Positions 25,801-38,409 of a stretch of DNA of 64,000 nt are shown one piece after another. Where the stretch lies: NCBI RefSeq assembly GCF_006345805.1, contig NC_043008.1:62248001-62312000 (forward strand), written 5' to 3'. The stretch comes from Octopus sinensis. Taxonomy: Eukaryota. Within the stretch, counting starts at the first letter, position 1; every line of letters begins with the position of its first letter. The notes below the pieces were generated by a model that saw only the letters and a program-made list of their open reading frames with translations, was not told the origin of the DNA and made no database searches. The position numbers were made by a program, and so were the translations under genes.

Positions 25801-26289
25801 TGCATGTGTATGTGTGTTTGGTGAGGAACCCTTTGTAGATATATGTCTATAGAGTTCGTTTGGTTTATTGGAAATTCTGTATGTTTTATAGATAATGAGT
25901 TCATTGTATTGTTGATATCCTTACATGCTGTGTTCTGGATTTCTTGTATTTGGTATTGTGAGCTCTGCATCTGAGAAGCTTTTTTTTTTTTCTCCTACTA
26001 TGATATCTCCTCTTATATTTCAAAGATTTTTAGATAATTGTTTCTTCAGATTCAATAGGTGTAATTTGCATTATATATTGCTGTGGGAATTAACTAAGCT
26101 TTATAGAAATAACTCTTGACTTCATTGTATTCAACCCTTATCTATTTCTATTTTGGTCTCCGTTTTTTTTTTTATTTTTTTTTTATTTTATTTCTTTTTG
26201 TAGGTTTTCTCATACTTTCAAACAGAAGTGGGTATTTCCAACTATTTCAATCTTTAAAGTCTTTCTTCTTTAGTAAATGGAAAGTGGCA

Positions 26290-26334
26290 ATTATAATAAT
26301 AATAAATAATAATAATATAATAATAATAATAATG

Positions 26335-26370
<36 letters not shown>

Positions 26371-26728
26371 TAATAATAATAATGATGATAATAATAATAA
26401 TAATAATGATAAAAATAATAATAATAATGATAAAAATAATAGTAATAATAATAATAATAATAATAATATAATAATAATAATAACTATGATAATGATAATA
26501 ATGATAATAATAATAACAATAATAATGATAAAAATAATAATAATAATAATAATAATAATGATAATAATGATAATAATGATAATATAATAATAATAATAAT
26601 GATAATAATAATAATAATAATAATGATAAAAATAATAATGATAATAATGATAAAAATAATAGTAATAATAATAATAATAATGATAAAAATAAGAATAATA
26701 ATAATAATGATAAAAATAATAATAATAA

Positions 26729-26776
<48 letters not shown>

Positions 26777-26790
26777 TATAATAATGATAA
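26290..26790. repeat. ~500-bp compound (AAT)n/(GAT) microsatellite
   Basis: Direct inspection. Confidence 0.95.
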
Positions 26791-27024
26791 TCTTTCTACT
26801 ATAGACACAAGGCCTGGAATTTGTGAAGAGGGGAATAGTCGATTACATCGACCCCTGTACTCCACCAGTACTTAATTTGTGCTCCGCGAAAGGATGAAAG
26901 GCAGAGTCGACCACGACTGAATTTGAACTCAGAATGTAATGGCAGATGAAACAGTGCTAAGTAACTCACCCAGCATGCTAATGATTCTGTCAGCTCATCA
27001 TCTTTGAATAATAATAATGATAAT

Positions 27025-27066
<42 letters not shown>

Positions 27067-27259
27067 CCTGTCTATTATAGGCACAAGACCTGACATCTGG
27101 GGGAGAGGACAACTTGATTACATTGGCTCCAGTGTTTCAATGGTACTTAAATCTATTGATCCCCAAAAGAATGAGAGGCAAAGTCAACTTCAGCAGAAAT
27201 TGAACTCAGAATGTGGAGATGAACGAATTGCCACTAAGCATTTTGCCCAGCTTGCTAAC

Positions 27260-27297
<38 letters not shown>

Positions 27298-27371
27298 CCA
27301 CATACAATACCAGGTAGTGGCTCTAACGGTTTCTGATCTCAACTGATTCCTGGAGGTAAAAATAAGATCTC

Positions 27372-27570
27372 ACATACATGCATACATACATACATACATA
27401 CATAAATACATAAATACATACATATATACATACATACATGCATACATACATACATGCATACATACATACATGCATACATACATACATACATACATACATA
27501 CATACATACATACATACATACATACATACATACATACATACATACATACATACATTCATACATACATACA
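27372..27570. repeat. (TACA)n microsatellite
   Basis: Direct inspection. Confidence 0.95.
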
Positions 27571-27670
27571 TACTCTGTCGAAAGATCCTGGGATCTAGGT
27601 TAGAAACTGACTCTTTAGAGGCAAGAAATTTTGACATAAAACTGAATAATGACAGACATACATACATACA

Positions 27671-27702
<32 letters not shown>

Positions 27703-27899
27703 CAATCACACCTACATGCATACACACATACATGCATAAAAAATGTGAGTTGGCAACAAAATTTTAGCTTGCCATAGAAAACTTCCCCATGAGAAATTCT
27801 GTCAGACTCATAGAACCATGGGAAGATAGATATCAGAAATTACGTTGGTGGTTGTGATTATGACTCTACCATTGCCACTTGACATGATGTCGAAACTGT

Positions 27900-28560
27900 A
27901 CCTGATGTCAAGTTGATAGAGTAATAAGAAAGAAGACTTAATGTAAGGATATACCAAACAACAAAAATACTAGTATTGGCATATGTACAACGTTACTGGT
28001 TTAAAGACCTGACCTCCAGTTCTTTTGCCACAGAAGAGTACCAGAACAATTAAAACATGTATTATGTAAGAAAGAACCATTATCAGAACAGAGGAACATA
28101 AGGTAGAACTTTTCAATATATGAAAGATATAAACAAAAGCAGTGCAGCTCATAACAGCAAACCAATTCCATGTTTACCATTGATGTGGCAGCTGTTTATT
28201 GGCAATATAAGCAAATCATAGAAATAAATATGTAAAAGTATAGAGGATATATATATCATAGAAATCTGAGAGATCAGAGAGACATGATTATTGAGATAAT
28301 TAATACTATGGAAGTTATATACCAAATGGTAGACAAACCATGCAATGGTAATTTTTGATTATAAAACAAAAATGGTTTCTGGTGTGTTTCAAATAGGATG
28401 GAAGAGAATACTTGGAAATAATACATGTAGTAGAAAATATAAGAAAACTGATCGCAGACATTGTGTCACCGGAAAACAAATTAAATTCAGAAAATATTGA
28501 CATCAATGGAGGAATGTTTCCCCTTTTTTGATTTGATAATTCTTCTTTTAATGTAATGTG
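27900..28560 (+). pseudogene. Degenerate R4/Dong-like RT fragment
   Basis: VQRYWFKDLTS, SKPIPCLPLMWQLFIG (cf. YRPITCLP..WK) and NIDINGGMF (cf. I..GIFQGD). Confidence 0.65.
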
Positions 28561-29024
28561 AATGATACTTTTCATGAGTCAGGTTTCTTTTCGTTTTTTG
28601 GTTTTCCTTTTTGGTTTTCCTTTTTGGTTTTCCTATAATTTAGTCAGTAGAAGAATGATAGTTTTTTATGTTCTTTGAAGTTCCTTACTAACTCCTTGCC
28701 TTGCAAAGTCTGAGGCTACTTGTGCAAATATGTGCATCATTAAGAGAAACATAGTTGTTGGTTGGCTCTAAATACTTGCAACAGAGCAAACTCTGCTAAA
28801 GGCAGGCAGGTCCAAGATGGAACTGTTAAAAATGAGTGGTGTGCCGAAACTGGTGGCTAATTAATAGAATCCATAGAATATCAATTTCAAATTTTGGCAC
28901 AAGGTCAGCAATTTCAGGGTTGGGGATAAGTTGATTACATTAACCCCCAGCACTCAACTGGTATTTATTATAACAAACTTGAAAGGCTGAAAGGCAAAGT
29001 TCACCTTGGCAGGACTGCTAAGAG

Positions 29025-29440
29025 CTCCATCTGAGTCTGATCATTGCCAGGGTTGCTGACTGGCCCTTGTGCTTGTGGCACGTAAAAAGCACCATTCGAG
29101 TGTGATTGTTACCAGCGTCATCTTACTGGCACTTGTGCCAGTGGTACATGAAAAACAACATTTGAGCAAGGGTGTTGCCAGTGCAGATGGACTGGCTCCT
29201 GTGTAGGTGACATGTAAAAGCACCATTTGAGCATGGCCGTTGCCAGTACTGCCTGACCGGCCCTCGTGCTAGTGGCACATAAAATCACCCACTACACTCT
29301 CGGAGTGGTTGGCATTAGGAAGGGCATCCAGCTGCAGAAACTGCCAGATCATGGTGCAGCCATCTGGGTCACCAGTCCCCAGTCAGACAGTCCAACCCAT
29401 GCCAGTATAGAAAGCAGTTGTTAAATGATGATGATGATAT
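29025..29440 (+). mobile_element. Family C RTE-type tail element with internal ~55-bp repeats
   Basis: Repeated ...gccag...gactggc...gtgc..gtggcac.taaaa.cacc units; ends ttaaatgatgatgatg. Confidence 0.75.
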
Positions 29441-30827
29441 AAGGATGGATGAAATGCCAATGAACCTTTTGTTGAGGGTGCTAACAATTCTACCAGGTCA
29501 CCACTTTAGAATTCATAGAATATTGAAAAGAATACAATAGACTCTTTGGTTGCAGACTGAGCACAAGGCCTGCAATGGCTGCCTGTTCCTTTCAGCATTC
29601 TGGGATTGATGGAATAATGTAAAAGTCAAGCATGTGTGGGTGTTACTATTTGAATGCATCTTCAATAAAATTTGTGACATTATGTATCATCATCATCTTC
29701 ATCATCGTTTTCATTGTCACTATCACCACCAGCAGCACCAGTAGCACCAATACCAGCACTTACACCACCATCAAAAACCATCACCAACAACTACAACAAC
29801 ACTCACCACACCACCACCACCATCACCACCATCAACAACAACAGCCGTTCAAGAATTTGGACCTGGAGATCTTCATTTCCAGCGACTTCGAGGGCCACCT
29901 CCTAGTGGTGTCAGGCATCAATGAAGAGCCCTCGACTACAACAAGATGACCAAAGTTTGTTTTTTTTCCCAAAGTCTGGGGTCTCCTGCCCCTAAGCCCT
30001 AGACCATCACCTAATCACCCTTACTCATCTTGTTGCTTAACAACAACAGCAACGACAACAACTACACCAAGAACTACAACAACACTCACCACACCATCAA
30101 CAACAATAACAGCAACAAAATCAACAGATACAGCAGCAACACTCACCACACCACCACCACCAACAACAACAACAACATCAACAACACTCGCTACCACTAC
30201 CACCACCACCACCACCACCACCACTACCACCAACAACAACAACATCAACAGCTACAGCAACAACACTCACTACCACCACCACCACCTTTCCTGTCTGCTT
30301 TCCATTTTGGCATGAGTTGGATAGGATGTTATGGTGTGAATCTTTTCTTAACCAGAGCCACATCCCTTCTAAATGGATCAAAAAACCCACATCTTATTCA
30401 TACATTGAAATTTTGGCTGAGTTTCTAAGGTTGGGTACCATTCTTAATGCCAACCATTTTACAGATGGCACTAAATACCTTTCATTGTTACATCAGCACT
30501 AGAGATGCTAGTGATGGTACCCTCAGTCATACGTTGTCTCCACTCAGTTGCCAACCATTCTACAAGTGTGTTAAGTGCTTTACATTATGGCATTAGGACT
30601 AGTGTGTTTGTCTTTTACCCTATATGACTTTTAAAGTGCTTTCACTTGCCTATGCTTCTCCATTAACCCAAGGCAAACATATTTCCGAACCCGAACTCGG
30701 AGAGTGCCCGTCCAGCGGCAGGAACACGGCATGCTCCTAGCAGCATGATGATAATGACAATGATGATGAAAATGATGACGATGATGATGATGATGATGAT
30801 GACAATGATGATCACAGTTAGACTTAC

Positions 30828-30899
30828 TTATGGGTAAAAAGAACCTAAATTGTAAAAATCTCAGAATTTCTAGTTTTCCAATAAGTAAGTCAATATATT
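30828..30899 (-). other. Duplicated copy of candidate exon 33510-33581 with intact splice sites
   Basis: Same 72 nt, donor GTAAGT, acceptor CAG instead of TAG; lies inside a templated insertion. Confidence 0.5.
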
Positions 30900-31249
30900 C
30901 TGTATGAGTGATTTAACACAAGAATGTCACCACTGCTCTTGTCTTATGTTGCTATCTTCAAAACTAGACTGTTTGGAATATTTTTTTTTATTTAATTATT
31001 TGAATCTACACTCTTACTTCTTTTTGTTCATTCAGTTGTCTATTTTATTTGTGTTGTTAGCTGTTGCAATATATAGAGTCTTATATTCGTTTGGAGAGTG
31101 CCCGTCGAGCAGCAGGAACATGGCGTGCTCCTAGCAGCATGTCCGTTGTCGAAGTCGGCGGTCGGGCGAAGCAGTGTCAATGCAAGCGAACCTGGAGACG
31201 TTGCCAGTGCTGCTGGACTGGCTTCTGTGCAGGTGACAAGTAAACCTCA

Positions 31250-31640
31250 CCAACAACTCCAACAACAACACTCACCACACCACCACCACCACCACACCAC
31301 CATCAACAACAACATTCACCACACCACTAACAACAACAACAGCTGCAGCAGCAACATTCACCACACCACCACCACCACCACCACCACCACCATCAACAAC
31401 AACATTCACCACACCACTAACAACAACAACAGCTGCAGCAGCAACACTCACCACACCACCACCACCACCACCACCATCAACAACAACATTCACCACACCA
31501 CTAACAACAACAACAGCTGCAGCAGCAACACTCACCACACCACCACCACCACCACCACCATCAACAACAACATTCACCACACCACTAACAACAACAACAG
31601 CTGCAGCAGCAACACTCACCACACCACCACCACCACTACC
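31250..31640. repeat. Higher-order minisatellite, ~81-84 bp unit x ~4.5, built from CAC/CAA/CAG triplets
   Basis: Unit ...caccaccatcaacaacaacattcaccacaccactaacaacaacaacagctgcagcagcaacactcaccac; related arrays at 29780-29850 and 30040-30290. Confidence 0.9.
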
Positions 31641-31959
31641 AAACATAGGATTTTTAAATGGAGCTATGCCAGTATAACCATGTATTGCAAATCTCACTGA
31701 ATACAAATATCTGTTTTGTTGATTTGTGCATTAGACATACATAAGCAACTACTCTCCTACATCTTAGAGTATAGAGAAGAACTATTTGTCTCTCTTTTAT
31801 TACAGTACCCCTTCTTAAAAGTACCATTGTTTGATACATTCTCTCTAACTGGTGTTGCAGCAGCTTTATCTACTTTAAAGGATATTGGAAGAATTATAAA
31901 GTAAATAAAGAACGACTTAATTAAGATTGAAAGACTTGGAAATCAATGGCCAGTTAATT

Positions 31960-32260
31960 ATCGTTACATAGAATGTTTGGGAAAATGGGGAAAGTATAGT
32001 ACATTTGGTAAGTGAATGTACTAAACTGCCACAGAAGCAATATAATATCTCATGGATTTTCTGCTGGAAATTACTTGGAAATTATAACTTAGAAATGGCA
32101 GATAAATGGTTTGATCACCAACTTTCTCTTATAATTGAGTCTAAAGATAACAAAATTCTTGGGAATTTCAACATCCAATATGACCTATATCATTAAGAGT
32201 AGGAGAACTGATATTGATGTAATGGACAAGGAGGCAAGACTATATCATAAAACAGCTAGA
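31960..32260 (+). pseudogene. R4/Dong-like CCHC/REL fragment
   Basis: ESIVHLVSECTKLPQKQY, KWFDH and NKILGNFNIQYD. Confidence 0.6.
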
Positions 32261-32417
32261 CCTTAGGTGTATGATTCGAATTATGGGCTCAATGAAAATG
32301 AAAAGGAAAAAAGGAAAAAAGAAAATAAAGAATATCAATAAAACAGATACATGATATCTATAAAAAAGCAAACAAAAAATAGGAGATAATGCCAGTTTTC
32401 AAAACTTTTTTCTTCAC

Positions 32418-32509
32418 ATGTTCTTGTGCCAAGGATATATACTGCAACAGACCAGCATTTAAAGACCCATGACAGTATAACTGCTTTCCAAAAGCATAAA
32501 GATGCTTAG
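32418..32509 (-). CDS. Candidate 92-nt exon (phase 1-0), (T)KHLYAFGKQLYCHGSLNAGLLQYISLAQEH
   Basis: Polypyrimidine acceptor ...tcctcatttgaaactttag; ~70-codon open frame; donor CAT|GTGAAG uncertain. Confidence 0.45.
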
Positions 32510-32710
32510 CTAAAGTTTCAAATGAGGATATAAAAAAATACTTACGTACACTTGTTTCTAGAGATATTTACCAACTATATACAAATAGTTAAATAAAACA
32601 AGTGGGGGAGATTCGATCATTTCACTGTTCCTCCAATAAATATAGCTACCATTTGGAATAAAAAATAACTTGGAAGCATTTACCATACTATTGCTGATTG
32701 CTGAAGGTAT

Positions 32711-33165
32711 TTAACCCTTTCGTTACCGACCCAGCCGTATATGTATATGGTATAATTTTTTAGTGAAAGAAACACATGTGTATGCTTTATGAAACAATAA
32801 TATTAATTACAAAAACAACTCTAATAATAGTGATGAAGATGATGATGATGATGATGATGATGATGATAATGATGATGATAATGATGATGATGATGACGAC
32901 GATGATGACGACGATGATGATGACGACGACGATGATGATGATGATAATGATGATGATGATGATGATATTCTCAGTAGAAATGTTACAAATGTCATGTTTT
33001 CATAAGTTTTGAATTAAAATCTTCCACCAAACCTTAGTCACAATTAATGTTCCTAACACTAGCTGAATGATAACTAAGTTATTTTACTAAATTCTTTGTT
33101 ATATCTATAATTAATTGAAAGACACACAGAGCATCTCAAAATAAATATGGTAACGAAAGGGTTAA
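32711..33165. mobile_element. TTAA-CCCTT MITE containing ~245 bp copied from 33941-34226
   Basis: ttaaccctttcgttac...gtaacgaaagggttaa TIRs; interior matches the downstream locus. Confidence 0.85.
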
Positions 33166-33509
33166 GGAGTTGTAAGCAGACCTTTCACCCTTGACCCAGT
33201 GGAAAATTTAGGATGTGACAGCTAGAGGAGGAGAGAGACAGAACCACTCTAGCAGTATTCAGCTGGAATTCATTTCATTTGAGTAAGCTATGGAAATGTA
33301 AAAAAAAAAACCTTGCTCAAGAACTCAGCACACCACCTAAATCAGAGATTGAACTTATGGCCTTAGTAAGATTTCTTTGCAGAACACATGTGGCAGTCAT
33401 TGCATCCAGTGTATAAATGACTCTGCCAATTATTTTCCTTTATGATGACAATGACAATGATGACGACAATGATGATGATGATGATGATGATGATGACAGT
33501 TAGACTTAC

Positions 33510-33581
33510 TTATGGGTAAAAAGAACCTAAATTGTAAAAATCTCAGAATTTCTAGTTTTCCAATAAGTAAGTCAATATATT
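33510..33581 (-). CDS. Candidate 72-nt symmetric exon (phase 1-1), YIDLLIGKLEILRFLQFRFFLPI
   Basis: Acceptor tcactcatatag, perfect donor GTAAGT, open frame in phase with 37620 and 32509. Confidence 0.45.
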
Positions 33582-34104
33582 CTATATGAGTGATTTAACA
33601 CAAGAATGTCACCACTGCTCTTGTCTTATGTTGCTATCTTCAAAACGACCTGCTAGACTGTTTGGAATATCTTTTTTAATTTAATTATTTGAATCTACAC
33701 TCTTATTTCTTTTTGTTCATTCAGTTGTCTATTTTATTTGTTGTTGTTAGCTGTTGCAATATATAGTGTTTTATATTTGTTTGGCAGTGAAAACAAAAAA
33801 ATATTAAGCGTGTAAATGAATAAAACAAAATTCTGAATAAACTAACTTTTTTATAATATGCATTTGCATATCAATGGCAATTTTTCTCAGGCTGTTATAA
33901 TACTTTTAGAAAGTGCCCCAAAGAAAACTTCATTTGATAAAGCCATGTATATGGTATAATTTTTGAGTGAAAGAAACACATGTGTATGCTTTAAGAAACA
34001 ATAATATTAATTACAAAAACAACTCTAATAATAATGATGAAGATGATGATGATGATGATGATGATGATAATGATGATGATGATGATGATGACGATGACGA
34101 CGAC

Positions 34105-34136
<32 letters not shown>

Positions 34137-34164
34137 CGATGACGATGATGACGACGACGACGAC

Positions 34165-34203
<39 letters not shown>

Positions 34204-34204
34204 A

Positions 34205-34830
34205 TTCTCAGTAGATGTGTTACAAAAGGTTTGCCTCCTTGGCAAGGCCAGAATAATTGGGAAAGTAGGGCTACAGGCATGCAAAACTCCAGGAGTTCCA
34301 ACAAAACCTGTGTTAAAAAGAATAATAATAAAAATGATTGTGTGAGAAATATGCTCTCAGTGGAACATGGAATTAGTACATATATAAATCAAAAGGCATC
34401 TCTGAGAACAATGAATATAAGATCTTATGGGATTTTACAATTCAATGTGACTCACTAATTGATGCTCGGAGACCAGATATTGTTGTGGTGGATAAAAGGA
34501 AGAAGAAAACCAAGATTATAGATATTGTTATACCTGGGGACAAACGTGTAGGTGTCAAAGAGCTGGAAAAGATGGGAAAATACAAGATACTGTAAGATGA
34601 AAGGAGTAACTGTTATCCTAGTAGTTGTAGGGCCATTAAGGGTGCTAACACGGAAGTTTGAGAAATATGTTGGAAAAAATGGAATTGACATGAGGGTGAT
34701 ACATGATCAAAAAAACTGTTCTGTTGGGGACAGCAAGTATTTTGAGATTGTTACTTGGTTGTTAAGGATTGTTGCAAGTAACCCTGTGAGACTTTTGACA
34801 GCAGATTGTAACAGAAGTAACATAAAGAGC
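34205..34830 (+). pseudogene. R4/Dong-like REL endonuclease fragments next to (GAT)n and (AAC/AAT)n
   Basis: LQKVCLLGKARII, KILWDFTIQCDSLIDARRPDIVVVDKRKKKTKIIDIVIPGD (PD..D motif) and VLLGTASILR. Confidence 0.8.
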
Positions 34831-34853
34831 TCTGAGAAGTAACAAATAGTAAT

Positions 34854-34885
<32 letters not shown>

Positions 34886-34915
34886 TAATAATAATCCTAT
34901 CTACTAAAGGCACAA

Positions 34916-35320
34916 GAAGTGGCTGTGTGGTAAGTAGCTTGCTAACCAACCACATGGTTCCGGGTTCAGTCCACTGCGTGGCACCTTGGGCAAGTGTCTT
35001 CTACTATAGCCTCGGGCCGACCAAAGCCTTGTGAGTGGATTTGGTAGACAGAAACTGAAACAAGCCCGTCGTATATATGTATATATATGTGCGTGTATGT
35101 TTGTGTGTCTGTGTTTGTCCCCCCAGCATTGCTTGACAACCGATGTTGGTGTGTTTATGTCCCCATCACTTAGCGGTTTGGCAAAAGAGACCGATAGAAT
35201 AAGTACTGGGCTTACAACGAATAAGTCCCGGGGTCGAGTTGCTCGATTAAAGGCGGTGCTCCAGCATGGCCGCAGTCAAATGACTGAAACAAGTAAAAGA
35301 GTTAAAGAGTAAAAAAGAGA
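34916..35320 (+). mobile_element. SINE family A, young full-length copy
   Basis: CpGs retained; matches the consensus. Confidence 0.9.
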
Positions 35321-35520
35321 GTAAGGCTTGGATTTAGTAGAGAGGGGGACAGTTGATCACATCGACCCCAGCACTCAGCTGTTCTTAATTTATCAACACT
35401 GAAAGGATGAAAGGCAAAGGCGATCTCCACAGGAATTGAACTCACAACGTTGCCAGATGAAATGCTGCTAACCATTTCATCCAGGGAGCTAACGATTCTG
35501 CCAGGTCACTGCCTTAACAT

Positions 35521-35551
<31 letters not shown>

Positions 35552-35769
35552 AACAATAATGATGATGATGTTTTCTCTAATGGGTCACAAAGACCCAAAG
35601 CATTCAGAGCTGTATAAAAGCATAATAAATATCTCAAAATATAGGGTTTCAAATGGAAGTGAACAATAAAGGTATAACAAATGATATGAAATATTGGGTT
35701 TTGAATGGAAAGGAACAACAAAGATATGAAAATAAAATGTAAAACTTTTCAACAAAAAGAAGCAGTGTC

Positions 35770-36040
35770 AACTTTAAAAAAACCCAATAAAAATGCAGAT
35801 GCCAACAGAGAACAAACCAGTATCAGCAGAACAGACTCTCCAAGAACAAGGAAAGAATATTATATAGAAAACTGAATAATGAAAAAGGGCATCTAGGAAA
35901 TGATGTGCCAAATGCTGAAGTAGCAAGAAAATTCTGGGCAGAAGTCTGGAACAAAGAATTTCGGTAAAATATAAATGCAAGCTTGTTATGTGAATTTAAA
36001 ACAAAAATGGAAGATGCAAGGTGATCTACCAAAAGTAACT
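35770..36040 (+). pseudogene. R4/Dong-like pre-RT fragment
   Basis: RTNQYQQNRL...LYRKLN...PNAEVARKFWAEVW. Confidence 0.6.
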
Positions 36041-36589
36041 TCAATAATAATGACCCTTTCTACTATAGGCACAAGGCCATGAAATCATGGGGGAAGGGAT
36101 TAGTCGATTACATCAACCCTCATGTTTCAGTGGTACTTAATTAATTGACCTTGCAAAGATGAAAGACAAAGTTGACGTTGGTAGAATTTGAACTCAAGAT
36201 GTAGCAGCAGACAAAATGCCAGCAGGCATATCGCCCAGCATGCTAACAATTCTGCCTTAATAATAAAAATAATAATTATTATTAGTATTTGAAATTTTTG
36301 CCACAAGGGCAGCTTGGAGGAGGTGGGGATGAGTTGATACATTGACCCCCAGTTTTCAACTGGTACTTATTTTATTGACCCCGAAAGGATGAAAGGCAAA
36401 GTCGACCTCAGTGGAATTTGAACTCTCAATGTAACAGTAGATGAAATACTACTAAGCATTTCATCCAGAGTGCTAATGGTTCTGCCAGCTCAGCACCTCA
36501 ACTTCAATAATAATGATGAAGATAGTCATAGTAATTATAATTCTTTCTTATTTTGGCTCAAGGCCTGCAATTTTGAAGGGAGGTGGTGG

Positions 36590-37134
36590 CCAATGCCCTG
36601 ATGCAGTGCCAGGCTGGGGCTCTCATGGCAGCTGATCTTAACTGATTGGAATTGTTATCATGTACATTGTTTTGTCTTGGTATAAAAGATGGGCCACAGC
36701 AAATATTCTGCTCAATACCACAGATTTGCTTGTCAGTTGTTTGACCTTAACCAGTTGAGCATGTCCCTTGGTGGCTGACAATATGTGCATCTCTGAGTGG
36801 GGGAGCATCATAGCCATGTGTTTAGAGGGATTCTTCGGGGTTTGAATAATTCACCTCTGGAAACATGAGTGTTTCGTTCAACATCCTTAAACAACCCTTC
36901 TTCAGGGACCTTTTGAGTGGGATGGGCTACTTGACCTAAAGAAAATTCTAACTGTACCCCACCTATAAGATCATGTGCTGCTTGTCTTAATAGGAGGTCA
37001 CCATGTTGCGTAGATATGGTTGTGATGCATGTGCCTGGTGTACCCTTATCAGACAGGTAGTCATGCTGAGTGTGTGGACTTCGTATATTTGTATCCCAGT
37101 GTCACTTTGATGGCATGCACTGCTCTTTCACTCC

Positions 37135-37186
<52 letters not shown>

Positions 37187-37440
37187 CTGATTGGAAGTGT
37201 TATCATGTACATTGTTTTGTCTTGTTATAAAAGATGGGCTACAGCAAATATTCTGCTCAGTACCACAGATTTGTCAGTTGTTTGACCTTAACCATTTGAG
37301 CATGTCCCTTAGTGGCTGATGATATGTGCATCTCTGATCATGACCAGAAGTACCCTTTTCAGGCGGGTAGTCATGATGGGTATATTGGGCCTCGTATATT
37401 TGTACCCCAATATCACTTTGATGGTATGCGCTGCTATGTC
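36590..37440 (+). mobile_element. Unclassified ~540-bp repeat ending in (AAT)n, plus an internally deleted tandem copy
   Basis: 36650-36790 matches 37187-37330; the same 5' end occurs after (AAT)n at 27295. Confidence 0.65.
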
Positions 37441-37619
37441 AATCAATAACAATAATAACAACAATAATAATATCAATAATAACATTAGTAATAATAATAA
37501 TAGTAATAATAATAATAGTACAATAAAAAGAAAGGACTTCAACAAACTCAAGTTTGGTCATAGAGAGACAAAACAGAGGTGGTATTGGAACTGCAAGCTT
37601 CCATTCTCTGACAATTTAC

Positions 37620-37671
37620 TATTTTGTCTGCTACAAACATAGGAAGATACAGAGTGATAGATGGAATCTAA
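37620..37671 (-). CDS. Candidate 52-nt exon (phase 0-1), LDSIYHSVSSYVCSRQN
   Basis: Acceptor catgtatacag, donor ATA|GTAAAT; phase joins 33581. Confidence 0.3.
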
Positions 37672-38107
37672 CTGTATACATGAACTCAAATCACACCACA
37701 AAAAAAAAAAAAATAGATAAATGGATGAAATAAAAAAAATATTTAAAAAACAGAGAGCCAAAAAAAAAAATAGAAAAAAAAATAAAAGAAAGCTATTTTA
37801 TCAGTGAGAAATAAGTAGGATTAACAAAGGTAAGCAAATGAAGCTAATTATGAATGCCAGATTGATTTCTGGGTAAGTTATTATCTGTTAGTAAATGATT
37901 TCTCAATGGAGATATATTTATGCATAACATGTTGTGTGTTTCAGACGAGCTGTCTATAAGTTGGCTTTCTTGGTTGTGCTTCTTCTGTCAACTACAGAGA
38001 GAGAGGGGGGAGGGAACAGGGAAGGAGGGGGAGTGTGTGGGAGAGAGAGTTTTGATAAAATATTCACTAGAGAAGCAAAATAGATTTTCATTTCTCTTAC
38101 TGTGTGC

Positions 38108-38187
<80 letters not shown>

Positions 38188-38362
38188 ATATGTATGCATG
38201 TATATATACACATATACATACATACATACATATACATATATATACACACACACACATATATATATATATATATGTATATATATGCATGCATGTATATATG
38301 TATGTCTATCTAGCTATCTATTTATCTATCTATTTACATACATACATACATACATACATATA

Positions 38363-38409
<47 letters not shown>

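Noticed and set aside
29025-29290. Regularly spaced ~55-bp repeats that could suggest a CRISPR array
   Set aside because: Degenerate internal tandem units of the family C retroelement; no unique spacers, eukaryotic context, no cas genes
32546-32574. 29-nt micro-exon with perfect GTAAGT donor (LVNISRNKC)
   Set aside because: It leaves only a 36-nt intron to the next acceptor and is phase-incompatible with 33510-33581
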